Source: Psammoneis japonica (taxonomy: Eukaryota). Taken from it: a stretch of DNA of 64,000 nt. The stretch covers positions 124,001 through 188,000 of the forward strand of contig QPGO01000105.1 of NCBI GenBank assembly GCA_008632985.1. Reading direction: 5' to 3'. The translations under genes and the position numbers were made by a program. Below the pieces are notes generated by a model. That model ran no database searches. It was not told the DNA's origin and saw nothing but the letters and a program-made list of their open reading frames with translations. This document shows positions 1 through 12,400 of the stretch, one piece after another. Positions within the stretch are counted from its first letter, which is position 1. The number at the start of each line of letters is the position of its first letter.

Positions 1-2535
1 CATCTCAATGACTTTGACACACTGCTGGACCCTCGGTGGTGGATGGCAGATGCTGGATGACAGCAGATGGCAGATGGGTGGCAAATCATGGCAGATGGCA
101 GGTGCATGGTGTGAGCTGAATTGCGGGGGTGCAGCTTTGCCATCAGAGGAGGGCCAAATCTGCATCAAAAGGCAGGAGGGGCAAAATCTCAATGCTTTCT
201 CAAAGTCATTTTGAATCCCATGACTTCTTCCTCCAGACCACACCAGAAGCTGTTGAAACAAAGAGCAGTGCGTGGTTGCTTTTTCTTGACAATTTGTTCT
301 GCCACACTCTGTGCCAGCCATGTGCCAGCAACAGGAGCTCACACCCATCTTTCACACAAATGGCATGACCATGCTTCATCCTCAAAAAGGGGGGTGATGC
401 TGTGCTCTGTTTCTTCAACCCCACATTGTTTGATGTCACAACTTTGAGAGCCAAGGTGAGACATCTTTCATGCAGCTTGGCCACTTGACTCTTTTCTTGT
501 TGTCGTCAGCGGGACAACTCACCTCCAACCATGAAATGGGCTGAGTTGGCAATTGTGTCCATCAGAGATCCAATGTTGACATCTGCAGACAATTTGGCTG
601 ATTTTGCACACATTGGACTCAACTTCATGGGGCTGGCAGGGGTGAAAGCAGGGTCATGTTTTTGATGAACAAGGGGTTTGAGATGGAGGGCAAAGTGCGA
701 AGCTGGGGTTTGCAAGCCAGCATTGGAAAGCAATGCACCCAAAAGCACTGAGAGCATGCTCCAGGATTTTTTGCATCTCAGCCCATCTCTGTGACTGCAA
801 AGCATGCTTGCTTGTTGGCTGTTGCCCCAAGCAAAACCAAATTGTTGACATTTCACATTTTGGCTCAACTGCAGCAACCAGAGTCGCGCGACTCTCTGGC
901 ATCAATTTGTTCAAATCCAAGCATCTGCACTTGATTGTTGCAACCTGAGTTCACACTCAGGTGCATTTCAAAGAATTCTTTGAAGCATTTGCATTTGAGG
1001 CTTTCATGCAGTGTGTTGCACACATCTGGTTGCCAGGGCAATTCAAAGAGTGAGAAGTTCACAAATCCACTTGGTCTGCTGTGTAAAGTGACTTGTGTGT
1101 TGCACTGTTCTTTTGACGCGTTCCAGGTCCAGGTGGGACCTCGCACTGCTGAACTGTGACATTGACAGTTTTTTGAATCACGTCGCATGTCATGCATGTA
1201 GATTTCTACGTGATTTTTTTGACATTTTGTGTCATTTTGCAGTGCACTTGTTGAGCGATCCATCCAACAACTTTTGACATTTTTTGTTGCAGCGCGATTC
1301 TACAGTGTCTTGAGAATTGTGCAGGGCAGGCGCATTTGCAAAAACGTTGAGCAGCAAGAGGCTCAATTGCACCACAAACTTGGCTGTTTGTTTGATGTTG
1401 AAGACAAACACATCCATCAATGAAGCTCTCGTGCTGCGGAGCTCGCACGTAGAATTCCATGGGCCCAATGTCACACGGAGTCCCACCCAGGACTGGAGCC
1501 CACCTTTTCATGCTGCGGTGCTCCTGATCAAATTTCTCAGGAACTTTTGTGAGCAGTCTTTCTTTTTGGGGCTGCAACAACGCCGTTGCCAGCTGCTTTG
1601 GGCAAGCCTCAAAACCAACCCTTGTTACTGCCGATCAAACACGTCGCCATGGAAGTTTCTGTTTGTGTTCCTTGGCAATTGCCCCTTCAACAAATGTGTT
1701 GTCTCACCTGTCAACCTCACAGCATGTTGGCAAAGACAAAGAAATGGCTGCAGGATGGTGTGCCAAAGCCAAACACCAGCCCATCACCAAGCTCTGCATT
1801 GTCTTTGCTTGGCTTGTCCTTTTGCCACCCTCCTTGCTGGCACATCATCTGCATGAAACTCCTGGTTGCTGCTGCATTCCATGACAACCCAAACTGCAAT
1901 CTGCATGAACAGCTTGTGAGCAATGGGCACACTCTGCCAAGCTGCTCTTCTGACACGCCGCTGAGGCACAAGCAGCTCACAACACTCAAAGAGCCAAAGA
2001 GTGTGGCCTCAAACAGCAAAACACCCTTGAACAAAAAGGGTCTGTGCCCCATCAAGTCTTGTGAGCATCAACGACAGTGTCATGTGGACACAGGCTCGCA
2101 ATGGTCTGAAAGAACAAGCTTCAGGAAGGACTTTCCCACCCAGCTCTGCTGCAATCATGAGGCTGCCCAAAAGCTGCACAACTTTCTTGTGACGTGCCTG
2201 TGTTGTTTGCAGTGGTGCCCAAGCACTTCAGTCTTGAGAGCCAAACAAATGATGATGCAGCAATGCTCCCACAACCACCAAAACTTGTTTTGCTCCAACT
2301 GAGTGTCATTCCAACAGCATCGACAAAAGCGGACCGCTGGCCATGCTCCTCAGACGCGCAATGACTGCGCAACTTTGTCTCGTGTCTCGTGTTCGCCAGT
2401 TGCAAGACGTTGAATTTTGGCGAAGCGGCGTTGCTGACGAAGCATCGAGCATCGCCATTGCAACGCCCCCTGTGGTGCATGCAACCCTCCGGACTGTTGA
2501 AAGTTGAACGAGTCCAAAAGATCAACAACATTGTG
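1..2535. mobile_element. Decayed repeat/transposon-like block, family not assignable
   Basis: Near-absence of TpA, excess TG/CA, only fragmentary Tyr-poor Cys/His-rich ORFs, and short TGGCAGA-like tandem units at about 40-110. Same composition as the identifiable LINE downstream. Confidence 0.55.
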
Positions 2536-2557
2536 ATAGCAAGAACTTGCGAGAACG

Positions 2558-5327
2558 ATGTTTTCGTTACCGCCCGATTACTTTGAGGAACTCCGACGAA
2601 ACGCCTTGAACATCACGCGTGTAAACAATGTGGATGTAGTAACAACTACACAGAGCGACACTTACGCATACTGTCACGTGCCGTATGTCTATGCATTCTC
2701 TTTCTTCAACAGCCCGGGTGAACCGCGGAAGCCGTATGCAGTTCAGGGCCCTTTGAGGGGGCAGCAGCGATTCATCTGGCCATGATGAATTTGAACAATG
2801 GTGATGGAAGTATCGTGCCTGAAGTGGAGGGACTGAACGAAACTTGTAACCTTCGCTTCACTTTTGAAATAGCGGATACGGAGAACTACGAAACCACCGC
2901 TGTTCACAAAGCGATTGGAATTTTAGACCGTGAACCGGGCCAGCCATTGCCACTTCCTTGTGCCTTTTTAGGAGCGACTAGTTCGGGGGTGACTATGCCA
3001 ATGGCAATTTTCACCGGTGTGAAGGATTATCCACAGATGTCTGGGATATCCACGTCAAGCCGATTGGACGATCGTAGCCAGTACAGACTCTTCAGCCGTC
3101 TCGTGCCCTCTGATGACGGTACCGCCATCGCGGTCATCCTGTACCTGAGAGGCGTCATCAAGACTGATTATCTGGCTGTTGTACATACAAACGAGGCTTA
3201 TTCGAACACATTTCTGGCTTCTCTCCAGAAAGCTGCCACACAGTATGCTCCCATGATGAAGATCCAATCGATTGACCTTCCTGTCAACATCATCACTGAT
3301 CAGGATGTTCAAACTGCTATCACTTTCCTTAAAAGCACACAGTTTCGTTATATATTTGCAATTATTGATGGACCGAAAGCATACGAAAGGTTGCTGACCG
3401 AAGCCTACCACCAAGGAATAGCTGGAGAGGATTATGTTTGGATCTTTTCCGATAGTCTATATGCCAAAACCATCACCGACCGAGAGTACGATAATCCTGA
3501 TTCTCCATTGGCCGTTGCAGCTAGAGGAAGTTCCATGCTCTTTGTGCAACCGGGTCTGTTAGGGACCCCATCGTACGACACGTTTGTTTCGAATCTCAAG
3601 GAGTTGGAGAATCACCCTGACCACATTGAGTTTCTGCAGTCCAAACACCCAGTATACGAGGGAGAGCGTGATTATGAACCACTTCAAGTGGGGCAAATTT
3701 TGCAATCGCTGGAAAGCCCTGGAATGAATGCCGTGTTTCTTTATGATTCCACAATTGCCATGGGATTGGCTGCTTGTGCGGCGGCAGACCCCATCAAGTA
3801 CTTTGACGGCGTGACTCACTACGAACAGATTATCAATACAAGCTTTTTTGGCGTGTCGGGCCCAACGGTTATTGATCCGAGTACTGGTTCACGTGATCCT
3901 TCTTCCGCATATTTCCAGCTTCTCAACTTTGTCGAACGAAGAGACCCATCTACGGGAAAAGTCACTTTTGAGACGGTGCAGACAGACCTCTTCCGCGACG
4001 GTGCATGGGAGAGTTTAGTACCGTACACTTATGGGGATGGGACATCCAACATACCTCCACCTCTACCAGTGACTCATGTGGACTTCAACTACATTAACGG
4101 AGTACTCCGTGGCATTGGATTTGCCATGTCAGCCTTAACGATATTCCTTTCGATTGGGTTTGGGGTTTGGACAATCCGCAACAAAAAGTGCAAGATTGTC
4201 GCAGCATCTCAACCCATCTTTCTGCTCTTTATATGTGGTGGCGTTTTGCTGATGGGGTAAGTTTTCATTTTATTCCGTTCCGTTTGTGTCTTCATTGTTT
4301 TATTGGACATACACTGAACACTATTATTTGTGTTTACCGGGCTAGGTCCTCCATTATTCCGTTGAGCATTGACGATAAGATTACGAATATAAGAGGATGT
4401 GACATTGCCTGTCAAAGTACACCATGGTTGGCCGTTCTTGGCTTCGCTCTCACATTTGCAGCGCTGTTTAGCAAAACATGGAGGATCAATAGAATATTTC
4501 ACAACCCTTCCTTGAAACGCATCAAAGTAACAGCTGTTGATGTTATGGCCCCGTTGGTTTGCCTGTTGGTGGTGAATGTGTTGATTCTCTCTCTTTGGAC
4601 TGGTTTGGACCCGTTGTTGTGGGAGCGCCGAATCTCTCGCGTAGATGTGTTTGGGCAAACTTTGGAAACAGAAGGACGATGCGAGTCTGGCTCCTTTGCA
4701 GCTTTTGTGTCTGCGCTTGCGGCCGTCAATATGGGAGCTTTGGTCGTAGCTACATTCCAAGCATACCAAGCACGTAACATTGCTGTTGAATTTTCTGAGA
4801 GTACGTATGTAGGACGAGCCATTGGATTGTTTTTGCTGGCTTGTCTCTATGGGATTCCCGTTCTGGCCATCACATGGGATGATTCTAGTGCGCGGTACTT
4901 TGTGCTGATGATTCTCGCCTTTGTGTGCAGCAACTCGGTGCTTTTGCTCGTCTTCATTCCGAAGGTGATCTTTCATCGCCAAGGTGGTTTCAAGAAGGCG
5001 AGTCGCATTGTCAACCGCCACGTACGTTCTTCTGAAGAGAGGAACACAACATCAAGCACTGATGGGTCTGGGCCGGTCATCAGCGGGCTGTCTCAACATA
5101 ATACAGCATCCGCCGTCGTTTCTGAAGACTTTGGAATTAAAGTAATAGATCATATCGGCGCCCACAATCTACTGAAAAATAAAAACCAAGAGCTACGCAG
5201 GGAACAGAAGATGCTGAAGGAACGTCTGAAACTGGCGGAAGAGCTTGAGACACTGCATGCACAAGATCCGGACGCCGACTGTGAAGACGAGATTGAGGCA
5301 GAGCACACGCCAGAGTCCACTCCATAG
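2558..5327 (+). CDS. Class C (GABA-B-like) G protein-coupled receptor, copy 1: Venus-flytrap domain, 7TM and C-terminal coiled coil; one 1-nt frameshift
   Basis: ATG 2558; intron 4257-4345 (GTAAG...CTAG); stop 5325-5327. Motifs ASQPIFL, LFSKTWRINRIF and EFSES. Colinear with the copy at 19115-21888 but has CCC at 2749-2751 where copy 2 has CCCC, which splits ORFs 2558..2785 and 2782..4260. Confidence 0.85.
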
Positions 5328-5519
5328 CAAATTCCCAATAGAGTTTTCATACCCTCTGGGCTGGGGGCTAAAATCTTTTCTCTTCAAAACAGCTGTGTCG
5401 GTCTCTCTAGGCGACAGGGCATTGCCGACATCGTTCAGTGTTGGATTGTTGTCAGAGGGCACACACAACTGACTTTTATGGGAATTTTGATGCTTTGTAA
5501 GTCATTGCTCATTACCACA

Positions 5520-8500
5520 TAAGGGCAAGAGTCACCTTTTGCAAGGAGCAGCACCAGAGAGCAATTGTTCTACGGGCAAAATTGGAATCCTCCTTCTTTT
5601 TGTCACTGCAAGGAAACCACAATTCTGCGTGCATTCGCATTGACACCACCTGCATGTTTTCAATGCCAGGTTCCCCGCAGAACAGCCAACCACCATGGCG
5701 TCCCCTTCTGTCACTGACGGCAGCCATGCCCCGCCTCGTGACACCGACTCCACTGTGGCTGACGATGTCACTGTTGATCAATCATCCATCAAGCTTTCTT
5801 CCAAGCCAAAGAGCATCAGCTTGAAGAGATTGCCATCCGCTTTGACATCCGTGGCCAACAGTCATCGTGCAAGCCCATGACCCCAGTCACAGCCCATCCA
5901 CAAGTCCTGCAACAGATTCCATTCACGCACTGCAAGGACAAAAAAATCCTTGACAACCACAACAACCAGATTGCAAATGTCAATGTGGCTGCTGACTGGA
6001 TCTCTTCCTCCAACATGAACGGCACTTTGTTGTTTCGACGAATCGAAATGGAGAAAACCACCAGGTGGCTCACAGTCTGTGTTGCTGCATCCTTGCAAAC
6101 ATCCCACTTTGTGAAATTTGGTCTCACCCTCACATCCAGAGCATTTTGGATAACACGGGTGTGAAACGCCACTTCTGGAATGAATCAGATGTTGAAACGG
6201 TGACTCCGGCATGTCACATTGCCGCTGCTGCAAAGCGCACTCCGGTCGATGAAGCAGCAAAATTGTTTGTCAGCAATCTTGGGAATTTCAGGTCTAAAAT
6301 GCCACAGTTCTGATTGGTGCCCACTTCTGTTTGAGCCAACAAAATGACGGTCTTGCCACCCCTCTCAGCACAGTGACACTCATCATTGAAGTGTTGCGTG
6401 CTGAACATCGCGCTGCTGGCAAGGCCTTGCTGCATGCATTGAACAAGCTGCCAACACATGCTGTGATGGCACAAACCCATTGCATGTCTCCTCTTGCCTT
6501 TTGCAATGTGGTTAAAACCCAAGCCCAATGCAACGACCATGCCTTTGTTGTTCCTCTGCTCAACACCACCCCTGATGTGATGTTTTGCTTCAAGAATCAG
6601 CTTGAAGCTCTGAAAAGAGCAAAGGAAATTTTCCAATCCAAGATTGTTGATGGATGGAACAACATCCTTGTTGATCGTTGGGATTTCAAGAATGTTTGAG
6701 CTGCAATGTCCACTTGCGTCATGAACTTGGTTCCATCCATTTCAAAAGAGTCTTGCCCTTCTCCCCTTTTTCAGGGCCTCCTCAGGTTTCTGGAGTGCTT
6801 GAAGAAATGCAAGATGCAAGCAAATCAATTGTGTCAGCCAGCATCCAAAGCCTTGAATCTCTCACCTTCTTGGGTGTTTCTCCCCTGACTGACAATCAAG
6901 CCTCTGGTGCTCAGGCAGAGGTCACCCTGGACGTGGCACCACCCAAGGATCCGCTGTTCCACCCCATGATGTTTTCACTCACTTGTCCCAGCATTCACCG
7001 CCTGCATTCAGACTGCCAGGATGCCATGTTGTGTCACCTTCTTTGCATTCTCTAGCACAAGCTGCTCAGTCAACCTCCAGCTTGTTCATCACTTCCACGC
7101 AACAGGTCGAAAAGTGCAACAGTCTGTGGCCCAGATGCAAGAGAAAAACGAAAAGGCTGTGGCATGGCCACACACCCAACATTTGTGTGACATGGAGCAT
7201 TGAACTCCACCTTCACTGAACAGCACACACAAGACATGGAAGCTTTGCAGTCGCAGTGCTCTCAACAACTGTTGGGTGTGCAAGAACAGATGAACCAGAT
7301 TGTTCAGTTGCTTCAAGCCAGTCAACCGTCACAGAGCTCAGCTTGTAAATGTCCCAACAACATGGAAACTCCGGATCGGTCTGGGGACCACAGAGACAAG
7401 GAAAAGGATTTTCAGTGCGGGGTTGGACTTCACTGCCTCCAACCCCTCAGACAATTGGGCATCCTCCTGACATTTCAAGACTCGATGAATTTCTCACCCT
7501 TGCACACCAGTTTTGCTGCACTTCTTGGCACAAGAAATTCTCTTTTCATGCTGCATCAGGTCCATTGAATTGTCACAAGCCCCAGTCTGCTCTTTGGAGG
7601 AGCGTGGCTCAAACATGAGCAGTGAGTGTTCATCTACGTCCATCTCCTGGCAACACATCTTAGATGGCAGACGGTGCACTCCTCTGGCAGAACATTGAAT
7701 TGATTTTTCCTGTCTCAAGACAAATGAACTGATTGGTCATGAAGCACAACCAAAGCTCTCACATCATGTGTGACTTTGTGCCTCAATGCAAGTGGGTGCA
7801 AATTTGACAAGCGCTGCAGAGATGTTGACGTCTGTTGTCAGATTGCCAATGAAATTCAGGTGGATGTCATCGGCAACTCGAAAGTTTGTTTGGACACAAC
7901 CCAGTTTGAGATGCTGTCAGTGTGCAGGTCAACCGTGGCAAAGTCTCTTCTCCACGGTTGAGGGATGTTCTCCAGCAGCTCTGCCCCCTTTTCAATGCAG
8001 TGCAAACCAGGTGGTGCCGCAATTGTGTCGTGCAACTCCGTCTCGGCTCGACACCGATCCCAGGATTTTGATCCTCTGGGCTGCTGGTCCATTCAAGTTT
8101 TTGATGGTTGCAACGGATGTCAAGTCATGTTTGTCTCCTGTTGCAGAGTCTGTGTGAAGAATCAAAGACAACCGGGCAAAACCACAGCATGTGCACAGCA
8201 ATTGCATCTGTTGCAACAACAAGGCCATGACTCCATTGACCCATGCGGGCGAACCTTCAGTGCCGCATCTGCACATTCTCCTGGATTCTCTCAATGATGC
8301 AAAACCGTCTTGACCACGTTGCCCAAATGCAACAGACACACTCGAAGCTCGCCGGATCATTTTCCATTCTGTCAACCTTTGAAGAATGCCAAGCAGAGTC
8401 ACAAAAGGCACAAGCTGAGTGCAAGGCAGTGGCAAAGGAGAGCATTGTACAACGTGAACACAAATTGGCAGAGAAGATTGCCAAACTTGACCTCGAAGGA

Positions 8501-11500
8501 ACAGCAGCCACCCACAAATCAGCTTCCATGGTCAGGAACATTTGCAAGTCAGAAGAGACAGCTGAGCTTTTTCGGAAGACAAGTGCATGCAAAGCAAAGC
8601 AGGACACAGGTGTCAACAGTGTCCAGGTGCCTTGCAACCCAGCAACACATCCAAAAGAGTGCGAGGATTGGATTGCCATTGATGCACCAGCAGATGTTTC
8701 CGCTGCTCTCTGCTCTTGAAATCAGAAACATTTTGGACAAGCTCATGGCACTCCACCGACCCCCCCCTTTCCACGGACTTGGGATGCAAAGGTGACACGG
8801 TGATGGCTGACCTCATCCCAGATGGAGAATGCAACACTTCTTCTCTCAATCGGGCAACCGCTCCATTTGTTCAACACCTGCAACAATGGTCCCCTGCATC
8901 TGTGGCTGAGTTCCTGACTGAATTGGATCTTCAAGGCAAACTCAAGTCATGGAAAGAAACGACAACTGCATCTGCATGCTCGAGTCTGTGCTTGGGTCAT
9001 TGGAAGGCAATGCATGCATCCCATTCCCAATCTGAGTCCAAAACGGTGGAAGGGGATCCAACACCCGAGTGCCCATGCATGAATGACGTGCAATGCAAGC
9101 TGATCTGCATCCGTCTGAACCTCCTTAGCTGTGCCCTGCGGTGGGGGTGCTCTTGCGATTGGTGGAAAGACATTGTCAATGTTGTGACTTTCAAAGAGCC
9201 TGGCAATGACAAGATGCATCAACTCCGAGTGACACACATCTGTGAGGCAGACTTCCAACTGATTTTGAGCATGAAATGGAGAGCTCCAGCGCAGAACGTG
9301 GAACACTGCCGCTTGTGCAATCCTGGGATCTGTGGCACACACCCCTTCCTGAATGCACATGCACCAGTGCACCTCAAATGGCTGATGTTGGAGATCAGTT
9401 GAGTGTGCAGGAAGACTGCCATTCACAGCGATGGCAACTGCACCTCATGATGTGACAGAAACATCCCGGCTCTCATGGCATTAGAAAGCCGCAGCACCGG
9501 AATGCCCAAGGCGGCAACAAAAATGGCAAACGCCACTCTACATGGTGCTTGACATTGGTTGAAGACAGCGCTTGGCCTTTCCTCATTGTCGCACTCACAT
9601 TCGGATGAGTTCTCCATTTGCGGCACCGGACAAGGTGGTGGGAATTCTACATTTTACTGGAATCAGATTTGCAACAGTTTGTTTTGGCTGTTCGACAGCC
9701 AAGCTCATGGGGCTCATTTCGAAACTCCTGATCATTTGGTTTCTCTGTGGATGTTCGCTGGAGGGTGTGTTGATGACACATCCAATCAAGTCAACGATTT
9801 CTGTGCTGATCCTCAACCAGAAGCAATGGAGCCAGTCCTTTGAATGCAAGAGGACAACCAGTTGTGGTGCGATTTACTTGACGCAGCTGGACATGAGCTC
9901 AAGCTCCCCAAATGCTCCTTTCATGTGATTGAATGGCTTTTCACAGCCAACGGTGAGCCTCACCTGCGTGCCTGCAATGAAGAGATTGATCTCAAAATGC
10001 ACTCAGCCAACAGATCCACCAAACAATCCAGCACCCAACTGTCTGTGTGCTCCTCTCACAAGACTTTGGGCCATTGCAAATCACCAGCAGGCACTCAGCA
10101 GACTCTGCACAAAGCAATGAAAATGAAGAGCAATGACATTTCTTTGTTTCTTTGGTCTTGCCCTTTGGACTGACATGAGGCATGGACCCACTGCTTTGCT
10201 TGCTGTCTGTCCTCCATGATGCATGTTCTTCCAAACACCCACTTCCTGCCTAAAGAGTTGCTTGAGATTCAATGCAAAGCTGTGGCTGCAATCAAAATGC
10301 CAAATGAGATGCACTTTACGGGCCATGCACCTTGAGCGGAGGAGGGTTTTGGTTGCTCGATGTCAAGCAGGGTGCAGCACAATGCTTGCAGTTCCTCTGA
10401 CATTGGCAAGGCACAGGTCAACCTCACACATTGTCCCGGATCACGGCGGCATGGATGCAATTTCAGATTGGCATGGGTGATGGCTTTCTGTTGGATGTCC
10501 ATGCCACACTCCCTCATCATGAGTCTAAATGGTTTGTGTCAATGCAATCCTTCCTTGCCAGAGTGGACTCGCACTTTGAGCTGGATTTCACTGGAGTCCT
10601 CCAACACAACGTGACAATGACCAGTGCATCATGGACGTGGTCTTGGAATCAAACATTTTCTTGGCTGAAGAAATCCGGTGGGTCAATTGTTGCCAGTTGC
10701 ATCTTTGTGTGCTCGCTGTTTCAGATGTCACCCTTCCCAATGGCAGACACTCAGATGCATTTGTGTTGCAAGGACAAACCTCCCTGTTGAGCTGCTCCTC
10801 ATCATTGAATCCCATGAAACAAGCATGTCCGTCTGCACGGGCCTGGAAACAGTGGTGCCAAGCAGTGGCTCTTTTGTGCATTGAAAGTGCTGCAACCTCA
10901 AGACATCCTTTGGGCCAGTGGACAGCTCCCACTTCTGAGATGCAAATGCTTTGCCCCGCCTGCTGTGAGCCTGAGGAAGAGTTTCTCTGCATCTGATCTG
11001 GAGCCGGATTTCAAGTTTTTCCTGTCCAGGATGATTGCGCCACATCTCTGCAGCACCTCAAAAATTGTCCCCAACATTTCCCCATTGGCATCTCCCACAC
11101 TGGTGAACATGTCTCTGGATGGGAGATGGATGCTTCGGCTGTCGTTTTCCATGGTGGCGGTCCCACCAACCATTCCCGTCTGCAGCGATTTTTCCGAATG
11201 GCTGAAATCCTTGCCAAAATGGGAGTCTACCTTGTTCTGCGAGCTCACTTTGCACGTTTCAACATTTGAAATTGCTGCATCCTTTGAGAATTTTTGTGCT
11301 GCTGTGGGTGGCGATGGGTCTGTCTTGCACTTTCACGGCACCTTTGGGTGGACACTGACAGTCAATGGAGCGTGGATTTTTGTCAGTTCTTCAGTTCCTC
11401 ATTCGAGTGTTGGAATTCTGCAATGGCACTCTGTCACAAACAGCAGATGTCTTCTGTGACAACTCCTCCCTGTCATTGCAAATTTCAAGTCTCTCCCGCC

Positions 11501-12400
11501 TCATCCAGTGGATGTGGAGGAAGTCAACAAACAGCATGACTGTCATTGCCAACATCACATTGCTGACACACTGGCTCTTGACTGGGATGCAGTGCAAGAG
11601 ATTTTTGTTTCTTTGCAGAGGTTGGAGACTCAATCCCAAGTGAATCCTCCTGACACCATGGTTGACATGCAGTGGGTCAAAGGCCATGAAACGACAACAG
11701 CCCACATGAGCCCCTGTCCCTTCCAGCAAAACTGAGTGTCTGTGCTGACAAGTTGGCAAGTTCTTTCCAAGGCAGGCACACTGGCACAACACTTTGCTCA
11801 CTCCCCGCATGCCCCGCTGTTCTGCAATGTTGACAGTTCAACAGTCATTGGTGACTTCCAAGTTCAAATCGGTTCTCTGACACAAAGCCTCCAGTCCAGC
11901 CCTCATGACATGCATGAAGGAGAAGTGCGGGTGGTCTGATGAGGTGCACACTCAATTGACTGGTGGGTTCCTTCCAAGCTGATGTCTCCCAACATCCGAC
12001 GTAAGGTGAGCACTGTGAAACTTGTCCAAGATTTGCTGCCAACAAACAAAATTGTCCACCGGTGCAATCCTGCACACCCTGACTGCTGCGTGCATTGTCA
12101 ACATCCCCTTGAAGACAGGGACCACATTTTGCATTGCAACCACAATGAATCATGGCAGCGCACATTCCACCAAGGCTTGCAGAAGAAATGTGACGACATC
12201 AACACCTCTCCTTTGACATGGGATCTGTTGTCACATGCCTTGGAGGGTTGGCTTCATGAAGACATGCACAGCTCACGAGACCACCAGGAATGCAACAAGT
12301 TTGCTGGCACAAAAAATCTGCAGCGCCATTTCTGGTCACCGTTGACATGTCCGAGAGTGCACGCGCACTCCCGATGTCTCCTGTAATCATTGCTGGTGGC
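5520..12400 (+). mobile_element. Decayed non-LTR retrotransposon (LINE): ORF1 and ORF2 with AP endonuclease, reverse transcriptase, RNase H and C-terminal zinc knuckle
   Basis: Ordered motifs across broken frames: APE-like CKPGG, DPLGCWS, SCCRVC, TACAQQ (7990-8220); RT LGHWKA, KEPGNDKMHQLRVTHICEADFQL, GTGQGGGNS, GCVDDT, LKLPKC, HKTLGHCK (8990-10090); RNase H GGDGSV..GTFGW, FCDNSS, QWVKGH (11300-11690); CCVHCQHPLEDRDHILHC (about 12085-12140). Ends are approximate. Confidence 0.9.
5695..7420 (+). pseudogene. LINE ORF1 remnant
   Basis: Chain of same-strand ORF fragments (5695, 5877, 6065, 6331, 7200) upstream of the endonuclease motifs, ending in a coiled-coil-like stretch (QDMEALQSQCSQQLLGVQEQMNQIVQLLQ). 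Confidence 0.6.

Noticed and set aside
5520..12400. Classical fungal RIP, or CpG deamination alone, as the cause of the composition
   Set aside because: RIP raises TpA, and CpG decay cannot remove it. The ABCG alignment shows TA changing to TG/CA.
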